This document shows, in pieces, positions 40,056-48,526 of a DNA stretch of 64,000 nucleotides (the first letter of the stretch is position 1; each line of letters opens with the position of its first letter). A program made the translations under genes and the position numbers. The notes below the pieces were generated by a model. That model saw only the letters and a program-made list of their open reading frames with translations, made no database searches and was not told where the DNA came from. Source of the DNA: Elusimicrobiaceae bacterium (GTDB taxonomy: Bacteria; Elusimicrobiota; Elusimicrobia; Elusimicrobiales; Elusimicrobiaceae); the NCBI GenBank assembly GCA_045606825.1, contig JAZUSQ010000021.1, forward strand, positions 86,706 through 150,705, given 5' to 3'.

Positions 40056-40218
40056 AAAAAAGCGGCAATCTTATTCTAAGAGCTGTTAGAGATGACCCTT
40101 AAAATAACCGCCGCTGACCTACCTCTTACGAGGCAGGCAAAGCAAGACAATTATTTGATGATCTCTAACATGCGCACCAGGTTTCCCCGGTTTTGCTCGG
40201 CGCGGGCTTCCCCCGCAC
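40056..40218 (-). ncRNA. Candidate GEMM-I-like (cyclic dinucleotide) riboswitch with intrinsic terminator, upstream of pilin #7
   Basis: GAGCAAAACC-GGG-GAAA-CCT-GGTGCGCA resembles the GEMM-I P1 arm. The long stem TGTTAGAGAT/ATCTCTAACA competes with the terminator AGCGGCGGTTATTTTAAG...CTTAGAATAAGATTGCCGCT-TTTTT. Confidence 0.4.
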
Positions 40219-40357
40219 TTCAACAAATAATCTGTAAATAAAACCGCAACCCTTTACTGGGCTTAAATCATTATATAAAAATAAATAGACTCCCTCACAA
40301 TTTTATATACTATTAGTAGCTTTTTATTTTCCCCATTTACAGGAGCCCAACCGCACT

Positions 40358-41038
40358 ATGGATTGGAGTATTGTAGTAAACTCGTTTATCGGTATTATTG
40401 CCATTTTAAACCCGATCGGCAACGTGCCGATTTTTTTGGAACACGTAGAAAATGAAACACCCAAAGTCCAGCGTGCCGTGGCCTTGCTTATGGCTGGGTC
40501 CATTTTTGGGCTATTGCTGGTCTTCTTTTTATTTGGTAACCGCATTTTAACCATGTTTGGTATCACTATCCCGGCGTTTAGATTGGCCGGGTCTATTATC
40601 ATTTTGCGGGTAGGGTTGCGTATGTTACAAGGGAAAAGCAAATTTGAAAACAGCGGTATCCAAACGGCCGCCTCTTCCGGCACTACCTTTGACCAGGCCA
40701 GGAGCAGTTTAAGCCATATTTTAGTGCCGGTGGCTATGCCGCTTTTTATCGGCCCCGGTTCTATTACCACTGTTATTTTGTATGCCGAGAAAAGCACCAC
40801 CTGGACCATGACCATGAGTATGATTTTTGTACTGTTGGTTAGCGCGTGTGTGGTAGGCATTTGTTTGGTAGGGGCGCGTTATATTTTTAGCAAAATTGGG
40901 CCTAACGGAACCCAAATTGTCATCCGTTTTATGGGGATGATTTTGTGTGCGATTGCCATGCAATTTATGATTGACGGCATTGCCCAATTATTGCCTGGCA
41001 CGTTGAATGCGGATTTCATCCACGTGCATACAAATTAG
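40358..41038 (+). CDS. MarC family integral membrane protein
   Basis: LNPIGNVPIF, FGITIPAFRLAG, PLFIGPGSIT. Confidence 0.92.
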   Translation: MDWSIVVNSFIGIIAILNPIGNVPIFLEHVENETPKVQRAVALLMAGSIFGLLLVFFLFGNRILTMFGITIPAFRLAGSIIILRVGLRMLQGKSKFENSGIQTAASSGTTFDQARSSLSHILVPVAMPLFIGPGSITTVILYAEKSTTWTMTMSMIFVLLVSACVVGICLVGARYIFSKIGPNGTQIVIRFMGMILCAIAMQFMIDGIAQLLPGTLNADFIHVHTN

Positions 41039-41079
41039 CGCAATTACACCAAATATGTTATAATAGAAGGGTAGTGATT

Positions 41080-41319
41080 GATTTTAGGGCAGTTGGCGCA
41101 GCGCTTGTAACACAAAGTACGTCCGCCATGCGGACCGCGCAACGCGAGCTAACGCCTAGTAGTAAGTAGTAGTAATTTGAGTTTTACGATTTTAGGGCAG
41201 TTGGCGCAGCGCTTGTAACACAAAGTACGTCCGCCATGCGGACCGCGCAACGCAAGCCAACACCTAGTAGTAAGTAGTAGTAATTTGAGTTTTACGATTT
41301 TAGGGCAGTTGGCGCAGCG
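41080..41319 (+). repeat. 108-bp tandem repeat (two full units plus a partial third) containing the tRNA-Val 5' end
   Basis: Units start GATTTTAGGGCAGTTGGCGCAGCG at 41080, 41188 and 41296; the third continues as the real tRNA. Confidence 0.9.
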
Positions 41320-41374
41320 GTAGCGCGTCCGCCTCACACGCGGAAGGTCACAGGTTCAAATCCTGTACTGCCCA
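41303..41374 (+). tRNA. trnV: tRNA-Val(CAC)
   Basis: GGGCAGT...TCCGC-CT-CAC-AC-GCGGA...GGTTCAAATCC...ACTGCCCA. Confidence 0.94.
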
Positions 41375-41646
41375 TATTTTTCTTCCTAAAATACACTGTT
41401 TCGTTGTTGTGCACTCAGTCGGATACCTCCGCGCTAACGCGCGCGTGCCGCCAGTATACCTCCCTCGTGCACGTCTAGAACCAGTGTATTTTATTTTGAA
41501 AAATTCCCTCTGAACTTGGTGTTGCCCGGGATTTGAAAGGCGCAGCGATGTTTTTGTTTGAGCGAGCGAAAGGCAAAAACCGCGAGCCCGGCCTGCAGGA
41601 AAACTCCGTCAGGAGTTTTACCGGAAGGCAAATCCTGTACTGCCCA
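41375..41646. mobile_element. MITE-like insertion after tRNA-Val, ending in an 18-bp copy of the tRNA 3' end
   Basis: Hairpin AAAATACACTG...CAGTGTATTTT; core 41537-41629 homologous to 29827-29921; CAAATCCTGTACTGCCCA at 41357-41374 and 41629-41646. Confidence 0.7.
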
Positions 41647-41719
41647 AATTTAGAGCACCCCTTGAGGGGTGCTTTTTAATTTGGCAGTAGTGCATAAACT
41701 GCTTTATGCGCGGCGGGAT

Positions 41720-43063
41720 TTATTTCCTCAACTTGGCTACCAAGTCTTTAAATACTTGGCCGCGGTGCTCAAAACTTTTGAACTGGTCAAAACTGGCACA
41801 CGCCGGCGATAATAGCACTACATCCCCCGGGGTGGCCTCTTGTGCGGCGTACATCACGGCCTGATCTAATGTACCGCACCATACAATGGGAAACTCGCCG
41901 CGCAGTTCGCGCTCAATTTTATCCATACACTCCCCAATGGAAAGAACGCTCTTGCAGTGTTCTTTTAAGTAGGGCAACAATACTTCGTAAGAGGCCCCTT
42001 TATCGCGCCCGCCTAAAATAAGCCAAATATTTTGGTCTTTCTCAAAACTTTTTAATGCGGTAATGGTGGAATCTAAATTAGTGGCTTTGGAATCGTTAAT
42101 ATATTTTACGCCGTTGATTTCTGCCACGGTTTCAATGCGGTGTTCAATGGCTTTGAAAGTATCAAACGCGTGTTGCACCTGCGCCGGGGTAGCCCCATCG
42201 GCCAGTGCCATTAAGGCAGCTGCCATGGCATTTTCTATGTTATGAAGACCAATAAGTGCCGGCGGACGGATTTGAAAACCCTTGCTAAATACCAGGGCAT
42301 CCCCGTCATAAAACACGTCTGTTTTAATCCAGTGTTTGGGTTGGGTGGAAAAGGCCAAAATCCGTCCTTTACACTGTTGGGCAACGTGCGCGCAGACGGC
42401 ATCCGCGGCGTTTAATACGGCCACATCTTGCGGTTGTTCAAAGGCAAAAATTTTCTGTTTGGCATGGATATAATTTTGCATGCCGCCGTGGTGGTCCAGG
42501 TGGTCGGGCGTGATGTTTAACAACCCGGCAATATTTGGGTGAAAATAGGTACTGTCTTCTAATTGATAACTGGAAACTTCTATTACCAACTCGTCCCCCG
42601 GCCGGGCCTGGGAAACACAGTCCGATACGGGAGTGCCAATGTTCCCGCATACAATCACACGGGAACCTTTTTGTGCTAAAATTTTACCCAAAAGAGCCGT
42701 GGTGGTGGTTTTTCCGTTAGTACCTGTTACGGCTAAAATGCGTACGTTTGGGGGCAAGAAAGACAGGGCTACTTCCAATTCGCTAAATACAGGAATGTTG
42801 CGTTGGGCGGCTTGTTGCAAAATAGGGCTTTGCGGGAAAATACCCGGGCTTTTGACAATAAAATCCGCCTCAAAAATTTTATCCGTATGTCCGCCGCTTT
42901 CTACAGAAATACGCCGGGCGGTTTCTTCCAGTGAGATTTCACGCTCATCACTAATCAGTACCTCGCACCCGTGTGCGGCCAACAAATTGGCAACGGCCTT
43001 GCCGCTTTTACCACCGCCCAATACAGCGGCTTTTTTATGAGGGAAATCAGACAAATTAAACAT
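41720..43063 (-). CDS. murD: UDP-MurNAc-L-Ala--D-glutamate ligase
   Basis: GTNGKTTTT, EVSSYQL, NDSKATN, SPACASFDQF. Confidence 0.97.
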   Translation of the reverse strand: MFNLSDFPHKKAAVLGGGKSGKAVANLLAAHGCEVLISDEREISLEETARRISVESGGHTDKIFEADFIVKSPGIFPQSPILQQAAQRNIPVFSELEVALSFLPPNVRILAVTGTNGKTTTTALLGKILAQKGSRVIVCGNIGTPVSDCVSQARPGDELVIEVSSYQLEDSTYFHPNIAGLLNITPDHLDHHGGMQNYIHAKQKIFAFEQPQDVAVLNAADAVCAHVAQQCKGRILAFSTQPKHWIKTDVFYDGDALVFSKGFQIRPPALIGLHNIENAMAAALMALADGATPAQVQHAFDTFKAIEHRIETVAEINGVKYINDSKATNLDSTITALKSFEKDQNIWLILGGRDKGASYEVLLPYLKEHCKSVLSIGECMDKIERELRGEFPIVWCGTLDQAVMYAAQEATPGDVVLLSPACASFDQFKSFEHRGQVFKDLVAKLRK

Positions 43064-44510
43064 GGTTACTCCGTAAATAATTGCGTACAGTTTCCTGGTC
43101 GGAAAAATGATGTTTCTGCGTGCCGATTAGTTGGTAATCTTCATGCCCTTTGCCGGCAATAATTACAATATCCTGGGGCTGGGCTTTGGCTAAGGCCAAG
43201 GTAATAGCACGGGCACGGTCCGGCTCCAACGTGTAATTGTTGTGCCCCTGCATGCCGACTAAAATATCATCAAAAATTTGGCGGGGGTCTTCACAACGCG
43301 GGTTATCATTGGTTAAAAACACATGGTCTGCCTCTTGGCAGGCTGTAGCCCCCATCAGCGGGCGTTTGGTGCGGTCGCGCTGGCCGCCACAACCAAACAC
43401 AACAAAAATGCGTCCTTGTTTAAACGGGCGGACCGTATCAAACGCACGTTGCAACGACTCGTTGGTATAAGCAAAATCCACAAACGCAAAGAAGGGTTGT
43501 CCTTCATCAATGCGTTCCATGCGCCCCGGCACACCGGGCAAGGCGGCTAAACCGCGCGCAATTTGTTCCAGCGAAATTCCGTTAGCGTGCGCCGCCGCAC
43601 AAGCGGCCAAGGCGTTATATACATTGTGTTTGCCTAGCAAGTTGATTTGCATGGCAACCCCATTGATTTCAAAAGACGTATGCGTTAAACTTTCTTGAAT
43701 GTGTGTAGCCGTAAAATCTGCTTGTGTATGTATCCCAAATGTTACTACGCGCACCCGCCCTTTTAGTTGCGCTATCAAACGTTGTCCGTAGGGGTCATCT
43801 GCGTTAATCACGGCCGCGCGGTGGGGTTTGGGGTTATGCGGGTTGGCCACATTTTCAAACAGTTTTTGTTTGGCGGCAAAATAATTTTCAAAGGTTTTAT
43901 GAAAATCTAAATGGTCGCGTTGCAAGTTGGTAAAAATGGCAGTGTCATACCAAATGTTGCGCACGCGTTGCAATTCCAGCGCGTGGGAAGAAACTTCCAT
44001 CACCACGTTAGAACACCCCTGATTTTTCATCTGCGCCAGTAATTTAAAAAGTGTAAGCGCGGCCGGGGTAGTGTTAGGGGCTTTGCAAATTTCCTGGCCG
44101 TTAGCGCGGTAATTAACCGTACCAAACACGCCGGTTTTGCGCTGGGCCGTTTGTAAAATACTTTCCAGCAGATAGGCAATAGAGGTTTTGCCCTTCGTGC
44201 CGGTAATGCCATACATGGTTAAACTATCTGACGGACGGCCATAAAACGCATAGGCGGCGTCTGCCATGTCTTTATCAATATCGTGCGATAAGAAAAACGG
44301 CACACCATAATTTTGCACAGGCGGTTGGGCCGATACTACCAGCCCGGCCCCGCGTTTAATGGCGTCTGTAATAAATAAGTTGCCGTCCGCGTTGGCCCCT
44401 TTAAGTGCAAAAAACACAAAACCGGGTTGTACGTCCTGCGAGCGGAACGTAAGCCCGGTTATAGAAACCTTCTGTTGTGCGGCAAAGGCCAGCACGTCAC
44501 TTTTAAACAT
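43056..44510 (-). CDS. murE: UDP-MurNAc-dipeptide--meso-DAP ligase
   Basis: TGTKGKTS, MEVSSH, TNLQRDHLDFH, DNPR (DAP-specific motif), GKGHE. Confidence 0.96.
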   Translation of the reverse strand: MFKSDVLAFAAQQKVSITGLTFRSQDVQPGFVFFALKGANADGNLFITDAIKRGAGLVVSAQPPVQNYGVPFFLSHDIDKDMADAAYAFYGRPSDSLTMYGITGTKGKTSIAYLLESILQTAQRKTGVFGTVNYRANGQEICKAPNTTPAALTLFKLLAQMKNQGCSNVVMEVSSHALELQRVRNIWYDTAIFTNLQRDHLDFHKTFENYFAAKQKLFENVANPHNPKPHRAAVINADDPYGQRLIAQLKGRVRVVTFGIHTQADFTATHIQESLTHTSFEINGVAMQINLLGKHNVYNALAACAAAHANGISLEQIARGLAALPGVPGRMERIDEGQPFFAFVDFAYTNESLQRAFDTVRPFKQGRIFVVFGCGGQRDRTKRPLMGATACQEADHVFLTNDNPRCEDPRQIFDDILVGMQGHNNYTLEPDRARAITLALAKAQPQDIVIIAGKGHEDYQLIGTQKHHFSDQETVRNYLRSNHV

Positions 44511-44632
44511 AGATATATAGTAGCAAATTGGCCAGCCTTGCCACACGGGAATTTGGACCTATTTTTCTAATAGGTTTCCCTCTTGTACGGGCACGCAAAG
44601 AAAATTTTTATTTGGAAAAGTATATTTCACAA

Positions 44633-45364
44633 TTATTTTTGGGTTAGTTTGGTAATTTGGGCGGCAAATTGCGCCAAGTGTTGGCGGATTTGCGGTTGTT
44701 TTTCTTCTAATAATGGTAGCAGGGTGTGGCGCACCCAATTACGGCGGTATTTATCTTGAAAATTGGTTTGGTCTGTTACGCAGGTAAGTTTATTTTGCAC
44801 CAAATATGTTTCTACCTCTTTGCGGGTAACACACAATAAGGGGCGCACAATTTCAACCCCGGCGCACAACGGCCGACGCACAGGAATCCCCCCCAACCCC
44901 TTGGCTTGGGTGCCACGCAACAAATTAAGTAGCACGGTTTCGGCTTGATCATCTAAATGGTGCCCTAACGCCAATTTAGTAGCCCCCCATTTTTTGGCAA
45001 TTTGCTGATATGCGCGGTAGCGCGCTTTACGCGCGCCGTGCTCGGGGCTGAGGTCATACTGCTGGGCCGTTTTGCGGGCATCTACTTGTTTGACAAACAA
45101 ATCAATATCCAGTGCGGCACAGAGTTGGCGGCAAAAATTTTCATCTTGGGCAGCAGCGGCCCCGCGCAGGCCATGGTTGACATGTACAGCAGCCAAAGCA
45201 AAATGTTTTTCTTTGGATAAATAGCGTAAAAAATGCAATAAACACACGGAATCTGCCCCGCCGGAAAGCCCCACCAGCACACTATCCTGGCGGGTAATAA
45301 GTTTTGCGGAAAAGGCCCGCATCAGGGGTAAAACAGAAGCCTCAAAGCACTTTTGTTTAGGCAT
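44633..45364 (-). CDS. tilS: tRNA(Ile)-lysidine synthase (short form)
   Basis: SGGADS, HVNHGLR, HHLDDQAETVLLNLLRG, RNWVRH. Confidence 0.93.
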   Translation of the reverse strand: MPKQKCFEASVLPLMRAFSAKLITRQDSVLVGLSGGADSVCLLHFLRYLSKEKHFALAAVHVNHGLRGAAAAQDENFCRQLCAALDIDLFVKQVDARKTAQQYDLSPEHGARKARYRAYQQIAKKWGATKLALGHHLDDQAETVLLNLLRGTQAKGLGGIPVRRPLCAGVEIVRPLLCVTRKEVETYLVQNKLTCVTDQTNFQDKYRRNWVRHTLLPLLEEKQPQIRQHLAQFAAQITKLTQK

Positions 45365-45401
45365 ATAAAAAAGTATAATAAATTAAGAGGAGTTTTTTAA
45401 G

Positions 45402-45767
45402 ATGAAAAAAAGGATTTTAATTGTAGAAGACGAAACCAGTATCATTGAATTGTTACTGTTGGTATTATCCCGTGAAGGATACGAATTGGCCACCTGCCAA
45501 ACCGGACGGGATGCAATTGCTAAAATGAAAGAATTTCACCCGCATTTGGTATTGTTAGACGTAATGCTCCCGGGGTTGGACGGGGCCAGCATTGTAAAAA
45601 TTATGTCGGAAGACGAAAACCTGGTCAATATTCCGGTATTAATTACGTCGGCCTTAGTGGAATCAAAAAAAATGTTCCAAATGTTCCCGCAAGTGAAAGG
45701 TTTTTGCTCTAAGCCTTTTGTGCTGACGGAATTAGTGGCAAATGTAAAAAAATATATTGGCGATTAA
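45402..45767 (+). CDS. Single-domain response regulator (receiver only)
   Basis: ILIVEDE, LLDVMLPGLDG, SKPF. Confidence 0.92.
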   Translation: MKKRILIVEDETSIIELLLLVLSREGYELATCQTGRDAIAKMKEFHPHLVLLDVMLPGLDGASIVKIMSEDENLVNIPVLITSALVESKKMFQMFPQVKGFCSKPFVLTELVANVKKYIGD

Positions 45768-45814
45768 CTTTTTGCATATACTCCTTGTTCCCCGGTTGCT
45801 AATACCGGGGTTTT

Positions 45815-46100
45815 TTATTATACTATAGGTACAATTTGATCTGTTTTTGGAACCGTACGAAGAATACGGATGGCTTTGGATAAAAGCGATGAGGTACTCC
45901 AAAAATAGCCGATAAAAGCACGATACTAATGAGTTGATCCCTCGGCAGTATTGTGCTGAATGTTTGTCGTTTTATTAAAATGGCAAATTACGGCTGTTTT
46001 TGTGGAGCATGTGCCTCATCCTCTATCAAACCAGCCGTTTTTGCATACGTTTTCAGGGATGGAGAAGAATTGTGCATATTAAACACAAAGAGGTAAACAT
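45815..46100 (+). ncRNA. Conserved structured pilin 5' leader, copy L7
   Basis: TTATTATACTATAGGTACAATTTGATCTGTTTTTGGAACCG...CCAAAAATAGCCGA...TACGGCTGTTTT...CAGCCGTTTTTGCATACG...GAATTGTGC. Confidence 0.72.
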
Positions 46101-46664
46101 ATGACAACAAGAAATACCCGGCGGGGTTTCACGCTTATAGAGTTGTTGGTAGTTGTACTGATTATCGGTATTTTAGCGGCCGTAGCACTGCCGCAATACC
46201 AAAAAGCGGTGGATAAGGCACGGGCAAGTGAGTTGTTTGCTATCGTGAAAAATATAAAAGTACAACAGGAAGTCTTTTATTTAGCCAATGGGCACTATGC
46301 CGCCGATTGTGAAGAACTGGAGGCCGATTTGCCCAGCGGGTTTGAAAAGAGGGAAAATAGTACCATTTATGATTTAGTAAAAGGAAATTATAAAATTAGT
46401 TTACGCTGTAAAAACGGAAATAATCCGCGGATTATGGGTCAATTGAATGCGGAGTCGTTACATGTAGCTATAGAAGCTTTTTTTGATCATTATGCGGATG
46501 AAGATGTAGCCGATAATATAGACACAGGACAGCAAGGCAGAGCGTTTTGTTATTTTCAATACTATGATTCTGCTACTGGTTCTTATCCCATTAATGAGCG
46601 AGGCGGTGCGGTGTGTAAGTCTTTGGGGAAAGAAAAAAGGGACAAGGGTAGTTACTGGCTATAA
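46101..46664 (+). CDS. Type IV pilin (PilE-like) #8
   Basis: [37 protein letters not shown]. Confidence 0.93.
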   Translation: MTTRNTRRGFTLIELLVVVLIIGILAAVALPQYQKAVDKARASELFAIVKNIKVQQEVFYLANGHYAADCEELEADLPSGFEKRENSTIYDLVKGNYKISLRCKNGNNPRIMGQLNAESLHVAIEAFFDHYADEDVADNIDTGQQGRAFCYFQYYDSATGSYPINERGGAVCKSLGKEKRDKGSYWL

Positions 46665-46729
46665 ATCTACCAGTTTATTCCCCGCCTAAGAAGCGGGGAT
46701 TTTTATAGGTTCATTACAACTCATCAAAA

Positions 46730-46806
46730 CTAGCACTCTAAAAAGGGGGTTGACAAAAATAAAATAATTACTTATAATCTTAGCAGGTAGGATTTGGGAG
46801 TGCTAA
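46730..46806 (+). promoter_or_regulatory. hrcA operon sigma70 promoter with two CIRCE-like operators
   Basis: TTGACA (46750-55)-N17-TATAAT (46773-78); CTAGCACTC-N9-GGTTGACAA (46730-56) and TTAGCAGGT-N9-GAGTGCTAA (46780-806). Confidence 0.88.
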
Positions 46807-46856
46807 AATAAAAACAATACTCCCGACGGTAAAATCCCCCAAGAGAGCTAAGCACC

Positions 46857-47951
46857 ATGCGTATTTTAAAACCGGAAGTTGCCAAAGCACGTAAAGAAAA
46901 AATCTTGCGCTGGGTAGTCCAACAATATGTGGAAACCCGCCGCCCGGTCGGCTCACAAATGATTGCCGACGGCGTTTTAAAGGATGTTTCCAGTGCTACC
47001 ATCCGCAACATTATGGCGGAATTGGAAGAAGAAGGATACCTCTACCAACCGCATACTTCGGGTGGGCGTATCCCCACGGATAAAGCCTACCGCTATTATG
47101 TGGACTATTTGGCTAACGTGCAAAAAATGGCCGCCAAAGAGCGTGAGCAAATTGAAAAGCAGTACGACCAACGCGTGAGTGAAGTAAATAATATGCTGGT
47201 GCAAACGTCGCGTTTGTTGGCTATGCTCTCGGGTGCGGCAGGGTTTGTCTATACGGCCCAAGTAGAAGACCAACGCATCCAACGCTTGGACTTTTTACCC
47301 TTGGCCCCCGGCGCTATGCTTACCGTGTTGGTTACCGAGTCCGGCGCGGTGCGCCATTGGCCGGTGCGTATGGGGCAGGTAATTTCCCCGGCCAAATTAC
47401 AGGTACTCAGCCGTTTTATTAACGACGAGATCGCCGGGCACACACTGGCCGAAGCACGGCAGATTTTGTGGCAGTATTTGCACTCGGGCCACCGTGAGTT
47501 AGCCGATGTAGCCGATGTGGCTACCCAGGTGCTAAAGGATATGGAAAAACCCCAAACCGGCGGCGACGAATTATATGTGGAAGGCATTGGCCGCCTATTA
47601 GAAAACACCACGCAAGATGATTATGAAGATTTGAAACAAATGATGCGCGTGGTGGAAGAACGGGACCGGTTTTCCTCTTTATTAAATGCCAAACTGGCCG
47701 AACTGGATAAAAACGACAAACGGGTCAATGTGTCCATTGGCAGTGAAAATGCCACGCCGGAGTTAAAAAATTTAAGTATTGTTTCTACCGCCTGCCGCGT
47801 GGGTGATAAAACAGTAGGAATGTTGGGAATTATTGGTCCTAAACACATGGAATATACGCGGGTAATGTCCTTAGTGAATTACATTGGCAGTTTGCTGGAA
47901 GCGTCCATGAACACGTGGAACGCACTGCCGTTGGAGGACGAAGATTTATGA
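46857..47951 (+). CDS. hrcA: Heat-inducible transcription repressor HrcA
   Basis: PVGSQ, SSATIRN, QPHTSGGRIPTDKAYRYYVD, GIIGPKHMEY. Confidence 0.97.
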   Translation: MRILKPEVAKARKEKILRWVVQQYVETRRPVGSQMIADGVLKDVSSATIRNIMAELEEEGYLYQPHTSGGRIPTDKAYRYYVDYLANVQKMAAKEREQIEKQYDQRVSEVNNMLVQTSRLLAMLSGAAGFVYTAQVEDQRIQRLDFLPLAPGAMLTVLVTESGAVRHWPVRMGQVISPAKLQVLSRFINDEIAGHTLAEARQILWQYLHSGHRELADVADVATQVLKDMEKPQTGGDELYVEGIGRLLENTTQDDYEDLKQMMRVVEERDRFSSLLNAKLAELDKNDKRVNVSIGSENATPELKNLSIVSTACRVGDKTVGMLGIIGPKHMEYTRVMSLVNYIGSLLEASMNTWNALPLEDEDL

Positions 47952-48502
47952 GTAAACATAAAAAACATAACATCAGCCCCGAGGAATTGGCGCAGGAACA
48001 AGCACAGGAGCAAGCCGAAGAATTGACTTGTGAAACTGCCGAAGCTCCCGCTAAAACCGACGAGCCCGATTATCGCGACCAATACGTCCGCTTGTACGCT
48101 GAATTTGACAACTACCGTAAACGCACCGAACGCGAAAAAGCGGCCCTCATAGCATACGGCAAAAAAGATTTTGCCCAAAAATTGTTGCCTATGTATGAAG
48201 TATTGTTACGCCAACAAGCCGCCTTACAACAAGGTAAAGAACAAGACGTAAAATCCTTGCAAGACGGCATGCGGATGATCTTAACGGAACTAAATAAATC
48301 CTTTAGTGCCGAAGGCATCCAAAAAATGGACGTGCTCAATAAACCCTACGATCCTGCCACCCAGGAAGTAGTGGCTACTATTGCCGCACCCAAAGAACAA
48401 GACGGCCTAGTCATAGACGAAGTGAAAATGGGTTTTATGATGAATGGCCAAGTATTACGCCCGGCTAATGTGGTAGTAGGCCAGGCTAAAGAAGAAAACT
48501 AA
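47948..48502 (+). CDS. grpE: Nucleotide exchange factor GrpE
   Basis: RLYAEFDNYRKR, GFMMNGQVLRPANVVV. Confidence 0.96.
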   Translation: MSKHKKHNISPEELAQEQAQEQAEELTCETAEAPAKTDEPDYRDQYVRLYAEFDNYRKRTEREKAALIAYGKKDFAQKLLPMYEVLLRQQAALQQGKEQDVKSLQDGMRMILTELNKSFSAEGIQKMDVLNKPYDPATQEVVATIAAPKEQDGLVIDEVKMGFMMNGQVLRPANVVVGQAKEEN

Positions 48503-48526
48503 ATTTTTAACGAAAGGAGAAGTAGT

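Noticed and set aside
41080-41319. CRISPR array
   Set aside because: The units are near-identical along their whole 108 bp, so there are no unique spacers. The repeat is a tRNA 5' fragment, and no cas genes are present.
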